33,841 nt of DNA from Paraglomus brasilianum (Eukaryota): assembly GCA_910592345.1 (NCBI GenBank), contig CAJVPI010000351.1, forward strand, positions 1 to 33,841, written 5' to 3'. Below the pieces are notes generated by a model. That model made no database searches, was not told the DNA's origin, and saw only the letters and a program-made list of their open reading frames with translations. Positions 7,918 through 20,676 of the stretch are shown here, piece after piece; position 1 is the first letter of the stretch; the number at the start of each line of letters is the position of its first letter. The translations under genes were made by a program, and so were the position numbers.

Positions 7918-10887
7918 ATGGTCAGCAAGTGCTACTATCACAGTTCAAACGATGCTGCTGACTACTTCTCAAAGGAACCACCAGTCGTTATCATCAATAA
8001 TCGACCCCTTCGTTCGGTAAGAATGTATCGACGAGCAGTGGCCAACGTCGACGCAAGATTTTCCTTCACCGCGACTACTATCGGTCAAGATTTGTATCTA
8101 ATTGGCGGCCAGACTGCTCCTGACCCCACAAAAAACGCAATAGCGAATGATATATTGCATGTCGATGATTCTTTGAACGTAGGCCAACAGAATACAAAGC
8201 TAACCGTGCAGGGACACGGAGCTGTTACTGTCGGTTCGAAAGTATTAATATTCTTTGGGCAACAATCTCTGACACCTCAAGTGTTTGCGGCTCCCATCCA
8301 GCAAATAGACCCAGCAACTGGTGCACTAACTAATTTCCCAAACAAAGGAAATATACCGGCGTCACGTTTCGACCATACCGTCACTGTTGTAAATAAAAAA
8401 GCGTACATAATTGGAGGAAGCAATACAAGAGGAGTGCTCAAAGACGTTTCTTATTTTGACCTAACTGCAAGCACCTGGCACACGCTCGATGCAACAAAAT
8501 TCCCAGACAATGCAGCTATCTCTGGTCATGCTACAATCGCCGTAAACAACCTTTTAATCTCGTGTTTCGGCATAGACGCTAAAAGCGCATTGAGGAATGA
8601 CTGTATTATATTCGACACCGACAAAAACGACTTTGTGCAAGCAAATATCTCTGGAGAGACTCCTCCTCCGCGTTCGGCCGCAACTATGATTATCGGTAAT
8701 AGTACATCTGAAATACTGGTATTTGGCGGAATGGACGTTAAGAATAAAGCAGCATTCAACGACATGTACATCCTGAATGCATCTCGTGCACCCACTCTGA
8801 CGTGGAAGCAGGTAGCTGTAAATGCAAAGAACAATACTTTTATTCCATCACCGAGAGGAGGACATATTGCCACTACTTTAGGTAATAACACAGTCATGAT
8901 GGTATGGGGCGGTATCGGGCAAGGTAGAAACATGGCCGACTCTTCTATGTACTTCTTTGACCTAACTAATATGCAATGGGTTGGTGAGTCAGATGCCGAA
9001 AACATAATTTCGGGTTTAGGAAATCCGAATGCAACGTCAAGCGATTCATCAACTAATAATAATAACGGCTCACATGATGAATCATCAGGTGCTATCATTG
9101 CGGCTGTACTTGGCGCAATAATTGCAATAGCGTTATTAATATTCTACCTGGTAAGACGAAGGAGGTTGCGGCAGATTACATCATTCGATCGTGCTGTAAA
9201 CAATGATCCATACATTCGCCCTGGCGGTCAGCTCAACGAGAGCTTTTCAGACTTGTCGCTAAATGATAATGCCGGTTGGTACATGGGACACTCGGCTGAT
9301 CCAGTTACGGTTATGACAGATAATGGCATGGAATATAAAGAGCCGCAAAATTATGCAGATTCAACGCGACGTCCATCAACAGCATCGGCTGATTCAGAGA
9401 AACAGATGATTCTGCACGCCCAAGAAATGGCCAGGTCTTTACCTCCAATGCCAGTTCCAAAGCCTGACTCGTTACCTCCAATGCCAAGTATTGGTTCGGA
9501 TTCATTACATTCTACGCCAAAAAACACAGAAGCATTACCGCCTACCCCATCGTCAATGCCCGCTCCATCATATAACTCTCCTATGCCCTCTCCAAAGTCC
9601 ATGACTTCCAATCGTAGTTCTGACTCTTCACACTCTAAGAAAGGTCACAGAAGAACGTCGTCAGTTTCCTTGACGGCTGCTGATTTGGCTCATCATATGT
9701 TTCCTAAACCGCCTTTCCGTAACTCCGTGGCTTCAGAACGATCTTATGGTTCACAGCGACCGTTTCATCGTTCTCGTTCCTCGTTGTCGCAAGTGTTCAG
9801 TCCCGAACTCGACGAAACAGATCATGAACTTTCTAACAACCATTCAAAGAAGCCGTCTACTGCTGCTAGTGATGTCGTACACGCTATTAGTTCTCCTCCC
9901 AGGTCTCCATTATCACCATTGCCACATGACAAAGAGTCGAATGACATCTCAATGCAACATTACAACGTGGTAAGTTTTGCCCAGGTGAATTGGTTATATC
10001 AAAAAGGAAATACTGGTTCTTTCTTTACTAAAAATATGAAAATTGTTACACCTATATTTCAGGATGTCTCCCCAGCGGACCCCGAATTTACTAATGCTAG
10101 TAACGGTGGTGACTACATAGAAGGTACTCAGTTTGATCGACACAGTTATGGTGGTGATTTCCTAGATCACAAAGAAGTCGTCGCCGCATACGACGGACAA
10201 CGTAGGGACAGCGAACCTTTCCAGTTCCCACCCAGGGATAGCACATATGAGCCGACAAAGGACGCGTCTGAACAAGATGACATTCACCACGAAAGAACCT
10301 TGTCTTATGATCGCTTACAAACCATAAGAGAAAGTGATGTGTTAGACTCTTATACCAGGGAGTCATTCAACGAGGCAAAAGTTGTGGGAGATCCGTTTAT
10401 TAGCAATGAAGAAAAGAAAAGACTATCCAAGAAGAAGAAACGATCATCAGGCCGAGTCTCATTTGCAACTGTTCACGAGAAAATAGAGTTTGATGATACA
10501 GAGTCATCTCGAAGCGTTTCGTCAGCAAATTCAGTGGTTTCGGAAATACTCGTAGAGAGTGTCGATGGCGATGATAAACCCGAATATGAAAAATCAAATT
10601 CAAAGGACAGCAATAATATTATCCGTCCCCTGCGACTATATGAAGATGAAGATGAAGATGCGGCGAATAATGCTTCGCGAATAAGCCGATTCAGTTTTAG
10701 TGTTTACGACTTTACAACCGACGATCCGATGCCAGAGAATGCTGCCACAATAATTGCAAATGTTCAAGCGAAGGAAGTAGACGAATATCGACCACCATCG
10801 CCGGTGAAAAGAGAGGCATCGCCTGATATCCGTAATAGTATTGCAGAAGTTGCCATAGATGGAGGCGTGCTTTACGCATTGATATAG
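7918..10887 (+). CDS. Kelch-repeat (beta-propeller) single-pass membrane protein with a long Ser/Pro-rich low-complexity C-terminal tail, 989 aa
   Basis: Six Kelch-like units are visible (LYLIGG, VLIFFG, AYIIGG...W, ISCFG, ILVFGG...W, MMVWGG...W), with RFDHT and PRGGH motifs and many NxS/T sites. The TM helix AIIAAVLGAIIAIALLIFYLV (9091-9153) is followed by RRRR. The ORF is uninterrupted. The true start or signal-peptide exon is uncertain. Confidence 0.88.
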   Translation: MVSKCYYHSSNDAADYFSKEPPVVIINNRPLRSVRMYRRAVANVDARFSFTATTIGQDLYLIGGQTAPDPTKNAIANDILHVDDSLNVGQQNTKLTVQGHGAVTVGSKVLIFFGQQSLTPQVFAAPIQQIDPATGALTNFPNKGNIPASRFDHTVTVVNKKAYIIGGSNTRGVLKDVSYFDLTASTWHTLDATKFPDNAAISGHATIAVNNLLISCFGIDAKSALRNDCIIFDTDKNDFVQANISGETPPPRSAATMIIGNSTSEILVFGGMDVKNKAAFNDMYILNASRAPTLTWKQVAVNAKNNTFIPSPRGGHIATTLGNNTVMMVWGGIGQGRNMADSSMYFFDLTNMQWVGESDAENIISGLGNPNATSSDSSTNNNNGSHDESSGAIIAAVLGAIIAIALLIFYLVRRRRLRQITSFDRAVNNDPYIRPGGQLNESFSDLSLNDNAGWYMGHSADPVTVMTDNGMEYKEPQNYADSTRRPSTASADSEKQMILHAQEMARSLPPMPVPKPDSLPPMPSIGSDSLHSTPKNTEALPPTPSSMPAPSYNSPMPSPKSMTSNRSSDSSHSKKGHRRTSSVSLTAADLAHHMFPKPPFRNSVASERSYGSQRPFHRSRSSLSQVFSPELDETDHELSNNHSKKPSTAASDVVHAISSPPRSPLSPLPHDKESNDISMQHYNVVSFAQVNWLYQKGNTGSFFTKNMKIVTPIFQDVSPADPEFTNASNGGDYIEGTQFDRHSYGGDFLDHKEVVAAYDGQRRDSEPFQFPPRDSTYEPTKDASEQDDIHHERTLSYDRLQTIRESDVLDSYTRESFNEAKVVGDPFISNEEKKRLSKKKKRSSGRVSFATVHEKIEFDDTESSRSVSSANSVVSEILVESVDGDDKPEYEKSNSKDSNNIIRPLRLYEDEDEDAANNASRISRFSFSVYDFTTDDPMPENAATIIANVQAKEVDEYRPPSPVKREASPDIRNSIAEVAIDGGVLYALI

Positions 10888-12518
10888 AGTATATTTGCTT
10901 TTATTATATATAATTACTTTTAATTTTTACTTTGACTTTGTTCATTGGATATGTTAAATAGACAGCTTGTCGTGTCCTGCCGGTCTTTTCCGTTTCTGAT
11001 TTCTTTCTAGAATTTCTCAATTTTTCCTATAAAGAATTAGTCACTCCTTTTAAATTTCAACACTTAAATACAAAAAGTATTTCCGTTGGTTGGAGCATTT
11101 AATGTAAAATAAGAAAACCTCCCCCTTTTTTTTACTTTATTCTCCGAATGTAACACAATGTATTCTTATATCCGTTTTAAGTCTTCCTTCTTTCCACACG
11201 AGATTAATTGGATGCTTTGCTATAGTGTGGAATCATTGGCTTTATTTTACCTCTTGCCTTTGGTTGCTAGGCTTGAGAGTCACGTGCGTATTATATACGA
11301 TATGCATGTTCGTTTATTTTTTGTAAAAAAAGAAAAAAAAGAAAAAAGTTGAAAAGCCACAATCCAATAAACTGTAAACTGATTGAGAAGGAAAATGTGT
11401 ATTATCATTGCAAACAACTGAATCTGTTGAATGAGTTTCAAGTCCAAGAGAATTTTGCCAATCGTTGTTAATACATTCTAACATTCGTCTTGCAACGTAG
11501 CTTTGAAATTAAAATTATTATCCAAAGTCAACACGTCGTTAGATGATGCTATGATGTTGTTATTGCATTATTGGTAAGCTTTGAACATATGTCTGGGCAA
11601 TAGAATGCACATTCAATGTCCAAACAGATTGCCGAATCATGCAGCGCGTGTGTATAATACTTATTATGATGTCAAAAATGGAGCATCCACACTCATTGTA
11701 AAAGTAAATATAGAACAACAATAGACCAAATAAACAAACCAAATTAAACCGTTATTCTGTTGTTCTAATTTGGAAATTAAACAGATTTGCAAAATAAACT
11801 TGTTTTCTTAACACAATTGTTGTATGCTTTTGGCAGTATATTGACATCATGTCTGACCCGAAATCTTATTTCAAGACAATACAATCTCCCTAGTCTTATT
11901 CTCCGGAACATGCGCCAATGATTATTCTTAATATGGATGAAAAGCATGACGGTTTATATTTAATCCTTGTAGGCAAACAGCGACGAGATGATGTGACATG
12001 ACGGTCCTTGATGGTTCGGCTTTGGAGAATGCCGGCTTTGCGGCTTTGTGGGGGCGGGCCGGTGCTGTCATTTGAGAAATTGATGCATATGTGGGGTGAG
12101 CGATTTATTGGATGGTAACTGATATCCGATTGCTTTCCCGCTGATTGGACCACAAGATGGTATAGAACAAAGCGTTTTGTGGTTAATTGCACAATATTCG
12201 CAGTTAAATGTGCCTACATATGGGCGAAAGTGAACATGTGACGTTGCATATGTCTAGTGTTTGTGTTGAAAAATACACATTAAAGTGATTATCTAATTGT
12301 AAAGGCAGGGACCCAACCACAACATCGACTGCGACGTCCACATGGCTTTAAAAAAAGAACTAATGTCACTGCAACTCCATATTTAATATTGCAGTATTGT
12401 AAGTAGTATTGTAAGGCGCATATACGCAACACGTGATACCCCCACAAAATTCAAATCAACGTTACACAAAAAGACCATCATCTTCAGCGGTTTTTTCCGT
12501 CATCGGGAGACTTGAGCG

Positions 12519-14790
12519 ATGTTATCTCGATTTACTCCTTTCCTTCCAGGCAGAGTAGGATGCATACCTTATTTATCCCCTCTAAAAGCTATCCCCAAAC
12601 GTACACGTGTTTTTTTTCCATATTACACAACGTCTAGTTCTCGTCGTTCGCTCATTTCTGCTCGCCAGATTAACTTAACTCCGGCGTTTCTGCAGAAAAT
12701 CCCACAACGCGTTTCTGGACTGAACATCTACAGTCATAAATACGATGGGCTTGCCACTGTTAGAAAAGTCACTAGACGTATTCGAAACATTACACTAGGG
12801 GTCTTAGGCATATCTACTGGAACAGTCATAGTGTTATTAGCTTGGAATAAAGAGTTTCGTGAAAAGTGTTACTTAACGTGTGCGGGGTTGTTTCGATCTA
12901 GTGTTACCATATTGACTTGGTATGAAGTTCAAAATCCTTTTCTAAATCATTCTTTTCCAATATACACCTTTTTTTTTAATAGAGTCTTATTGCAATAAAC
13001 GATGTTTCTCAATTTCTTCATTACTAGTTTTTTCTGTATGCTAGACTATAAATTATTACACATTCGATATCATCGTAAAGGGTATAAATCAGATGAATAT
13101 AAGGCAGCACGGAAAATCGTACACCTTCGAGTTGCAAAGCGTTTACTGCGATTGTGTAAAATAAATACTGGTGTTTATATCAAGGGTATGACTCAAGGGC
13201 TCGGATCACAATAATTGTAATTTATCGTTAGCGTTCTTGTTTGGTTCTGAAAAAAAAACTTCTTGTTTTTGTTGGTAGCTGGTCAACATCTTGCATCTTT
13301 GACGTACATAATACCACGAGAATTCACAGAAACCCTCGCCGTGCTGCAAGACAAAGCCCCATATAGAAGTATGGAAGATGTAGAAAGGGTGTTTAAAGAA
13401 GAGTTCGATGGAGCTGTTCCGAGTGATCTGTTCTCTGAATTCGACGAGACACCTATCGCGGCGGCTTCTTTGGCACAAGTGCATAGAGGTGATAATCCTG
13501 ATCAAGTGAAGAAGGGGGAGGTTATATCATTTATCCTCTATTTCACTCCGTTTCCAAATCAACCCGATTTTTTTGTTACTACTTTCGTCCTTTATGCTTC
13601 ACTATTTCTAATCGAATTCGTCTCATTTTATAGCTAAAACAAGAGACGGAAGAGAAGCAGCCGTCAAAGTACAATATCCGGATGTGTCTCGGCTGTTTAA
13701 CGTAGACGTGTGGACTATGCAAACCATGTCAGATGTGATCTCGCATTTCTTTCCTGAATTCGAACTGGGATGGATAGTTGTCGAGTTTAAACAAAATCTA
13801 ATAACAGAGTTTGATTTTGAAAACGAAGCTCGAAATGGAGAAACAACTAAACTGAGATTCCGACATCATGGAGACCAGTTTTCTGTGCCTCAGATCTATT
13901 GGGATCTGACGACGAAACGCATTCTGTCGATGGAATTCATTCGCGGCGTTAAAATTAACGATGTCGAGGGTTTGCGATCACTTGGTGCTGATCCAGTCTG
14001 GGTGCGCAATTACTTGCTGAAGATATTCGCTGAAATGATATTCTGTCACGGAATAGTTCATTGCGATCCACATCCCGGGAATGCACTGGTTGCTCTGTCT
14101 CCAACGACAAATAAGCCGCAACTGGTCCTTCTTGATCATGGGCTTTATCGAGAGTTGTCTGATGAGTTTCGAAAAGTATATTGTGGACTATGGAGAGCAT
14201 TACTTTTGAATGACAATAAAGGATTGAAGGAGGCAGCAGAATTCTTGGGCGTAGCAGAGTATGTGCAGTTTCTTCCGTTAATATTTACTCAACGGTTGCC
14301 CGACTCGTTGACACCACTTGGAGAAGACATGCCGGACGAGGAACGCGCTATGGTGCACGATCAGCTCAAGAGTGTGACGCTTAATGATTTTTTAATTTTC
14401 CTTGAATCTCTTCCGCGTGATATGTTGCTTGTATTTCGTACGATCAATTTGCTACGCGGAATACATAGAGAATTGGGTGGTAACTCTATCGAATCGTTTA
14501 AGATTAATGCTCGTTATGCAACGCGCGGGTTTTGGTGTGAAACCCGGGAGGAGGAAAAGCAGCGTATACAGAAGGCGAAGGCACGTGGATTAAGTGGAGA
14601 TGAAGCGATGGTCGGTCCGGTACGAAGATGGTATCTGTTTTCCGACGCTCCGAACATTTGGAGAAGTTGGGGATTTGTTAAAGATAGACTATATATGAGC
14701 ATTCGTCTGCGAGTAGCGGAACTGCTTGTGAGATTTCTTCGGTGGTGGTATGGTACGAGGACCACACCATCGCTGGAGGCAGTAGTATAG
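12519..14790 (+). CDS. ABC1/ADCK (aarF/UbiB-family) atypical kinase, ADCK1/Mcp2-like, probably mitochondrial; join(12519..12919,13028..13185,13279..13488,13634..14790), 641 aa
   Basis: Family motifs are YIKAGQH (KxGQ), PIAAASLAQVHRA, AVKVQYP, EFDFENE, HCDPHPGN and LLDHGLY. The N-terminus is Arg/Ser-rich with a hydrophobic segment. All three GT-AG introns keep the frame. Confidence 0.92.
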
Positions 14791-15264
14791 TATCTTAGTT
14801 GGGTATAGTGAGTATGGTAATAGACGATTTAATATGTCTGCAGGTTGTTAATTAGCAGTCGGTAATTAGCTGGGTAAGCGGTCATTTCTTGTCTCTTGTC
14901 ACATGGTTACTGGATAAGCAACTCTGACAAGTTTGTGGTTTCATTTATTTTATTCTGGGTCTCTGGATGTTCTGCATACACCTGCTCTCTATTTAGATTA
15001 GCACTTTAATCATGATGTATTCAATCCATAACCTATTAACAGTGCAGTATTGCATACATTACCCAATATACCAATGAATTTTATAATGCTAAGTCATCAA
15101 TACAGTGATAAAAATACAGATACGTGTGATATGTAAACGATTTTAAAATGAACCATTAAATAATGTGTTATCTATAAGAGTTAAATGCTATTTACAATTA
15201 CGAATGACCGGACAATTAATAATAAACGTCATAGAAGAGAAGGGGGGATTGGGTAGGCAAGGAC

Positions 15265-16559
15265 TTAATTCTTTGATGCTTCTTCATCGTATTTCTTTTT
15301 ATATATCCACGAATTGCCCATAATGCTTGCACCTTGTTCACTTGCCAAACGATAATATCTGGCCGCTTTTGTCAAGTTCTATAAATAACAAAGAATTACA
15401 AAGTGTTAGTGGTCAAGATACCAATGAAAATCCAACCCTTAAAAGTCTACAGAGATGATCGTCGGCATACATAGGAGTACTGGCAATATCTACTTTTCCG
15501 TATTCTTTAACGGAATCCCTTTAGTTTACTACCATTTTTAGTTTGAGCACTTGACCATTGGTTAAGCTGTAAATGGTACACTAAAAAAAAAGGTCATGCG
15601 CTTTTCGCGGACATCAATTTCCTCTTTTCATGTATACCGACGATTATCTTAATAATTGCATACAGCTAACCAATTGCATCAGATTCAAAATTACTTACTT
15701 TCTTGACGCCCTCGCCATTAGCATAACAAAATCCTATTTCATTTTGGGCATCCGGGTCGCCAAGACTTGCAGCCATCTCGAAATAATATGCAGCCGTCTG
15801 CTTGTTCTTTGGAACGCCCCAACCGTGACGGAAACAAACTCCAAGCTCGTGTATTGCCAATACTAGCTCGTTCCGTGCAATGCTTGGATTAGCAATGACC
15901 GACGATTGTAATTCATCAACAGCTGATTCAGCTGCCTTCTGGAGATATTTCACGGCTACAGTCGGATTGGCTTCACATCCCCACCCGTGTCTCAATGCAA
16001 TACCGTACAAGAAATATCCTAGCGGACTTTTTCTCTCAGCTGCAAGCTTAAAGAAATAAGTGGCTTTGTCCAATTGGTTCTGTTCATGGAATTGTATGGC
16101 TTGCTGAATGTATTCATCCGCCTCATTAAGACAGGCAGTAGGTGATTGCGGTATAGACAAATCCTCCGATGACTTTCCAACTCCCAGTCCAATAGCTGGT
16201 ACTATATTGCCGGTATTCAGTGCTAATGCTCCAATGCCTACCATTCGCGTACCTGACGCTGGAACTGGCAGCGTCTGTTGAAGATCTCTTGGAAGGGTTT
16301 TGAATCCACGTTTTATTGTGGTCCCATTTTCCGTATTGTATTGTGCTTTATTATCGCGTAGCATGCCTATTTTTCTCAAAGGTAATTCCAGCGATCGTTG
16401 ACTCGAAGACCTTGTGTTAGTTTGTCTTGTGGATAATGGTAATTTATTTGGTCTTTCGCTGAAAAGATCGCCACTGGACTTTGAGCGCTGAAATATGGAT
16501 TTCTTCTTCTTATCTTTCGATGACTTGTTTGACGCAAGTAATCTTCTTATAGTGTTCAT
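15265..16559 (-). CDS. Sel1-repeat protein, Dsf2/Nif1-like; complement(join(15265..15378,15699..16559)), 324 aa
   Basis: Sel1 repeats include LYGIALRHGWGC, ELGVCFRHGWGV and EIGFCYANGEGVKK. The spliced last exon NLTKAARYYRLASEQGASIMGNSWIYKKKY supplies the GNSWIxKxKY ending typical of this fungal family. The donor is GTAAGT and the acceptor TAG. Confidence 0.85.
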
Positions 16560-17048
16560 TTTTTTTGAAGTCTTATTTAAGAATAAAAGGGCTTAATGAA
16601 ACTATCGTTGAAATTGGGATAGTATTAATGCAATGGTGTCACTATTTATATGCTATAATTTTCCCATTATGGTATTTTGTGGATCACTATGGAACGAACC
16701 GCTTGTGTCCTAAAAATAGATCGTGAAACCAACAATGACGAGACGCTGTGGCCGAGATATCACCTTATAGTATTGCGTTACAAGGATCATAATCAGGATA
16801 TTGTACTATGGTGTAACAAACAAGCGATACGTGAAACGTTACTCGTGTTATCAAACATTGCCTCTATCGCACTAATTTCTTTGAAACGACCCAAAACTAA
16901 TCTTCTCCTGGTCTAACCAACATCACCCAACATCACGAGACAGACCCCAGTTTTCAAACAGTGTTTACATTATATGCTGTGTTACTGTCGAGATGACTTT
17001 TTAATATAGGGATGAGTTTACGTCATACCAAGCAATTGTGTCTTGTAG

Positions 17049-20030
17049 ATGGCATCGTTGGACATTGACAAGGAAAATCTCCGAATACATTTTATAGCTT
17101 GGCAAAGGTATTGATATTGTATCAATGATCGAATGTTGTTGATAGCACGTCACCTTTGGATGTAATTGGCACATACTCACTTATCCACGGGTATGATGAC
17201 ACAACAGGTTTACCAAGTACATACGACAGAAGCGAGTTCGTCTGATACTACAATGGCAGCAGGCCGTCGAATTTGATAGAAAGAAGACCCTAAAAAGATT
17301 TCTCAAGAAATGGCGAGAAGTTTATGTACTAGAACTGGTATTTTTCGGCTGCCCACAAGATAATTGTTCGGTTATTGGATATACCCAATTGGTAATTGCT
17401 CGTCTCTTCAGCGAAAATCAAAGCAAGCCGAGATCAAGTATCTTGGCATCGATGCGAATGAAGATCCTCGTATGTGGGATGACGACGCTGATGACAATTC
17501 GCTTCAGAAACTATTCAAGAAATGGAGGGTCAGATACAACACCTATTCCTCGCTCGGTGAGATGGTTGAGGTTAGTACAACCATGTGGAGTAAACTGTGC
17601 CAACTCTTCATCACTAATTTGGCCTCGGTTCATCATAGGATGAATACAACACCAAACTGTTGAAAATGGCTTTTTATCACTGGAAGCATCTATATCAACG
17701 GAAAAAGTCGATGGAACAAAGAGCAGACGAATTTATTTTACACAAATATTATCTGGAATGGTATTCAAGGCACGTGATTCATACACATGTCTATGTTGAT
17801 TTCGCTTCTAATCTTATCATACTATTTCTTATTTAGAACCATTCAGATATTGAAAACGAAATCCGTTGACAAGCCATTTGCTACTAGCGTATTAGCAGGT
17901 GTGTGTTCAATGATGATTTTTAGATACACCCGTTTACTCATATGAAATACATCTATTCGGTTAGAGTGGTTATCATGGGCAGTACAGAGAAAACACGCTC
18001 GTGACGAAAAGGCCATTAATCGAATACAATCCGAAGTAACAAACACTGCCGTGAGCGGTACATCGCTTTTGGGTGAGGCAACGATGGCGTAAGTTGATGA
18101 ATGCACGAAAAGACAGATCATGTGACAAGCTACATATTTGGTTTGAAAACGAGCACTTGCTAAACAATTATCTATTGGTAGAAAGTATTTCGCACTATGG
18201 AAAAATAGACTCGCACACATCCGTAGATGTCGAGGGACTGCTAAATTACACCACGAACGAAACATATTAAAGAAGGCATTTAATCGATTTCCACGGGCCT
18301 ATTTAAAAATCCAGCATCTTTCAACACGATGCTCGCAATACCTTGCACAGAAGCCTTGCAAAATAACTCATCGTGCTTACTTAAAGTGGTCCAAGGGATT
18401 TCGTTTACACCAATTAACTTATCATAATGCGATAATAAATTACGAGAAAACTTTGACACGCAAAGCAGTTATCAAGTGGTCTCATTCTTTATATGATCTT
18501 CGTCGGCAAAGATTAAAAGCACTCGAGCATGATAAGCGACAGATGCAACGAAGGTCTATGCTGTGTTGGAGGCAGCGCTTTCAAAAGCAAAAAATTATGG
18601 CCGAGCGTGCAGAATCACTAATAAACAAAACGGTATTATGGAAGTGTCTTGGCAAATGGCGGGCATTACTTGCTGGGAAACAACGAGATGGTGTTATTGC
18701 CACAAACATGTACAATGCTCATTTATTAAAATTGCGCTGGACGCTATGGAAGACCAAACTAGATTATGTCAAAAAACGTTCGTACTGTGCCGTCGAAGCC
18801 TCTCACAGGAATTCGCTTCGAAACAATTTTACAAAGTGGAGGCTTGCACTAGAAAGACAACAACGTGAAAGCGATAATGCAATCTTGTATTATACGCAGA
18901 AACTCTTAAATCACAACTGGGAACGACTGAAAAATAAGTGGAAAGGTCACGGCTTGGATAACACTAAAATGAAGACAGTTTCCGACTTTATAATGAGAAC
19001 ACGTCGAAAGAAACAGAAAAAGACGCACGATGGTAGGAGATTTTCCTTATACATTCTATAAAAATTTCTTTGCACGATGTCTGATTATGTTTTCCCATAC
19101 AAACTAGCATATCGTTTGGGGAGTAGAAAACGACCGAACACTCGTCTTGTACTTTCGAATATATTATCGGAACTTCCCAAACACTATTCTACATCAGAAA
19201 ATGCGATTGCTATTTACGACTTTCGCCTTGTCAATACATGTTTGATTATTTGGCGCCAGCGCTATCATGTCGTGAGAACGCAGAGAGAAGCGGAAACTTA
19301 CTATGCTACGAGAGTTCTTTCACGTGCATTAAAACACTGGAGAGATCGATGTGAAGTCAATCAAGAAATCAATTACTTGGAATCATTAAGGCCCTTTACG
19401 AAAGCGAACAGCGAGAGAATACTCCGGAAACATAGAAAAGAGCAGAAAGTATTTCTTCTGCGCGCATACTTTTTTGTTTGGAGGACTAGGGCTGAATCAA
19501 AAGTCATTCAAAGCTATGAGGAATCTGTTTTAAGACAGGTAGGCTGACGGATATTTAGGGTTGATGTAACATGATAACGGTTATTTTCTAACGAATCAAG
19601 GTATTTGAATTAGGCTTTTACAGTGTGGTACGATTGGGCTGTCGGCAGCAGAAATCCTGATAAAAAAACCATTTCTGAAGCATTTGCTACATGGAAATGG
19701 CGTTATGAGAGGGAAGAAGGTGAGACATGTAATACTGTCTTTTTTAGTTTGCGATTTTATATATTCTAAATTTGCTTCATTGAAAACTCAGCCCAAAGAA
19801 CCCGTGCTGCATACATATATGAAAGTTCTACTACACGCAAGTTCTTCTCTGTCTGGCGCTCTCGTGCTAAAAAGTTGAGAGCAAAAAAGCTTGCACAGGT
19901 GGCACGCGTGTTTCGTTGCCAGCGATTAGGGTTGTGTTACTTTTTACTTTGGAGGTCAAAGTTGGATTCGCGATCATACAACAAGTCACAAAAAACGGCA
20001 ATGAAAAGACATGCGTATGAAATTTTTTAG
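17049..20030 (+). CDS. SFI1: Sfi1-like centrin-binding spindle-pole-body protein; join(17049..17107,17208..17337,17412..17570,17639..17769,17837..17898,17965..18088,18182..19032,19108..19538,19614..19719,19792..20030), ~763 aa
   Basis: Many basic helical repeats fit the A..x..L...F..W consensus (e.g. AVEFDRKKTLKRFLKKWR, SLQKLFKKWR, LLKMAFYHWK, SLRNNFTKWR, VLSRALKHWR, TRKFFSVWR). A frame-consistent 10-exon model can be built. The 5' and 3' ends are less certain, and further upstream exons are possible. Confidence 0.75.
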
Positions 20031-20676
20031 AACGTATCGTCATTCTTATGTCTGGCGAAGAACGCATGCTTAAAATCGTTGTCAATGGCTGACGATATGC
20101 TCGAACACGGATTTAGATTTTCCGTGCCTGTCTTGGAGTTTCTCTTAGGTACTGCTTCAAACCGTTTAGATAATTAATATCATAGAATCTTTTTTTTTTC
20201 TAAATTAAAACCAGATTGTACAATACTTGTAAAATAAGAGATTAGCAGTAATCGTAAGTAGTAAATAATATATCACCTACTATTACCTGTCTTGTGATTA
20301 AACGAAACGTACTAAATAGAGATATTGTTCAAACTGCATTTAGAATAAACTTGGTAACTTTCTTGGCTTTGTTTATGATTTACATGATATCAACTCTATA
20401 TTAATATGAATTAATCCTACTATATGCTTTCGGATATGAATTACCAGTGTTCGTTTACAGCATAGAAATCAGTGTTTAAATACATGTATGCCTAGTAAAG
20501 AACACAAAATTCTAGTACTCGTTCATACCCCACCCCTCTTGGCCCGTAAGCGGAAGAAGTTTTGCATCTGAAAATTTACCTTTCACAATGGGGACTCTGA
20601 GACATTCACAGTTGATAGTAATAGGTTACGTGTTTGCAATGACACATGATACTAAGTACTATCAGAAACTTGATTC

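Noticed and set aside
8526..10603. Antisense and alternate-frame ORFs overlapping the Kelch gene (similar ones overlap ADCK, SFI1, NADAR and RPC1)
   Set aside because: These are shadow ORFs of real coding sequence with no independent protein features.
20020..20073. Possible SFI1 extension (FRTYRHSYVWRRTHA*) if the T6 run were T5
   Set aside because: This requires assuming a homopolymer error. The sequence as given stops at 20030.
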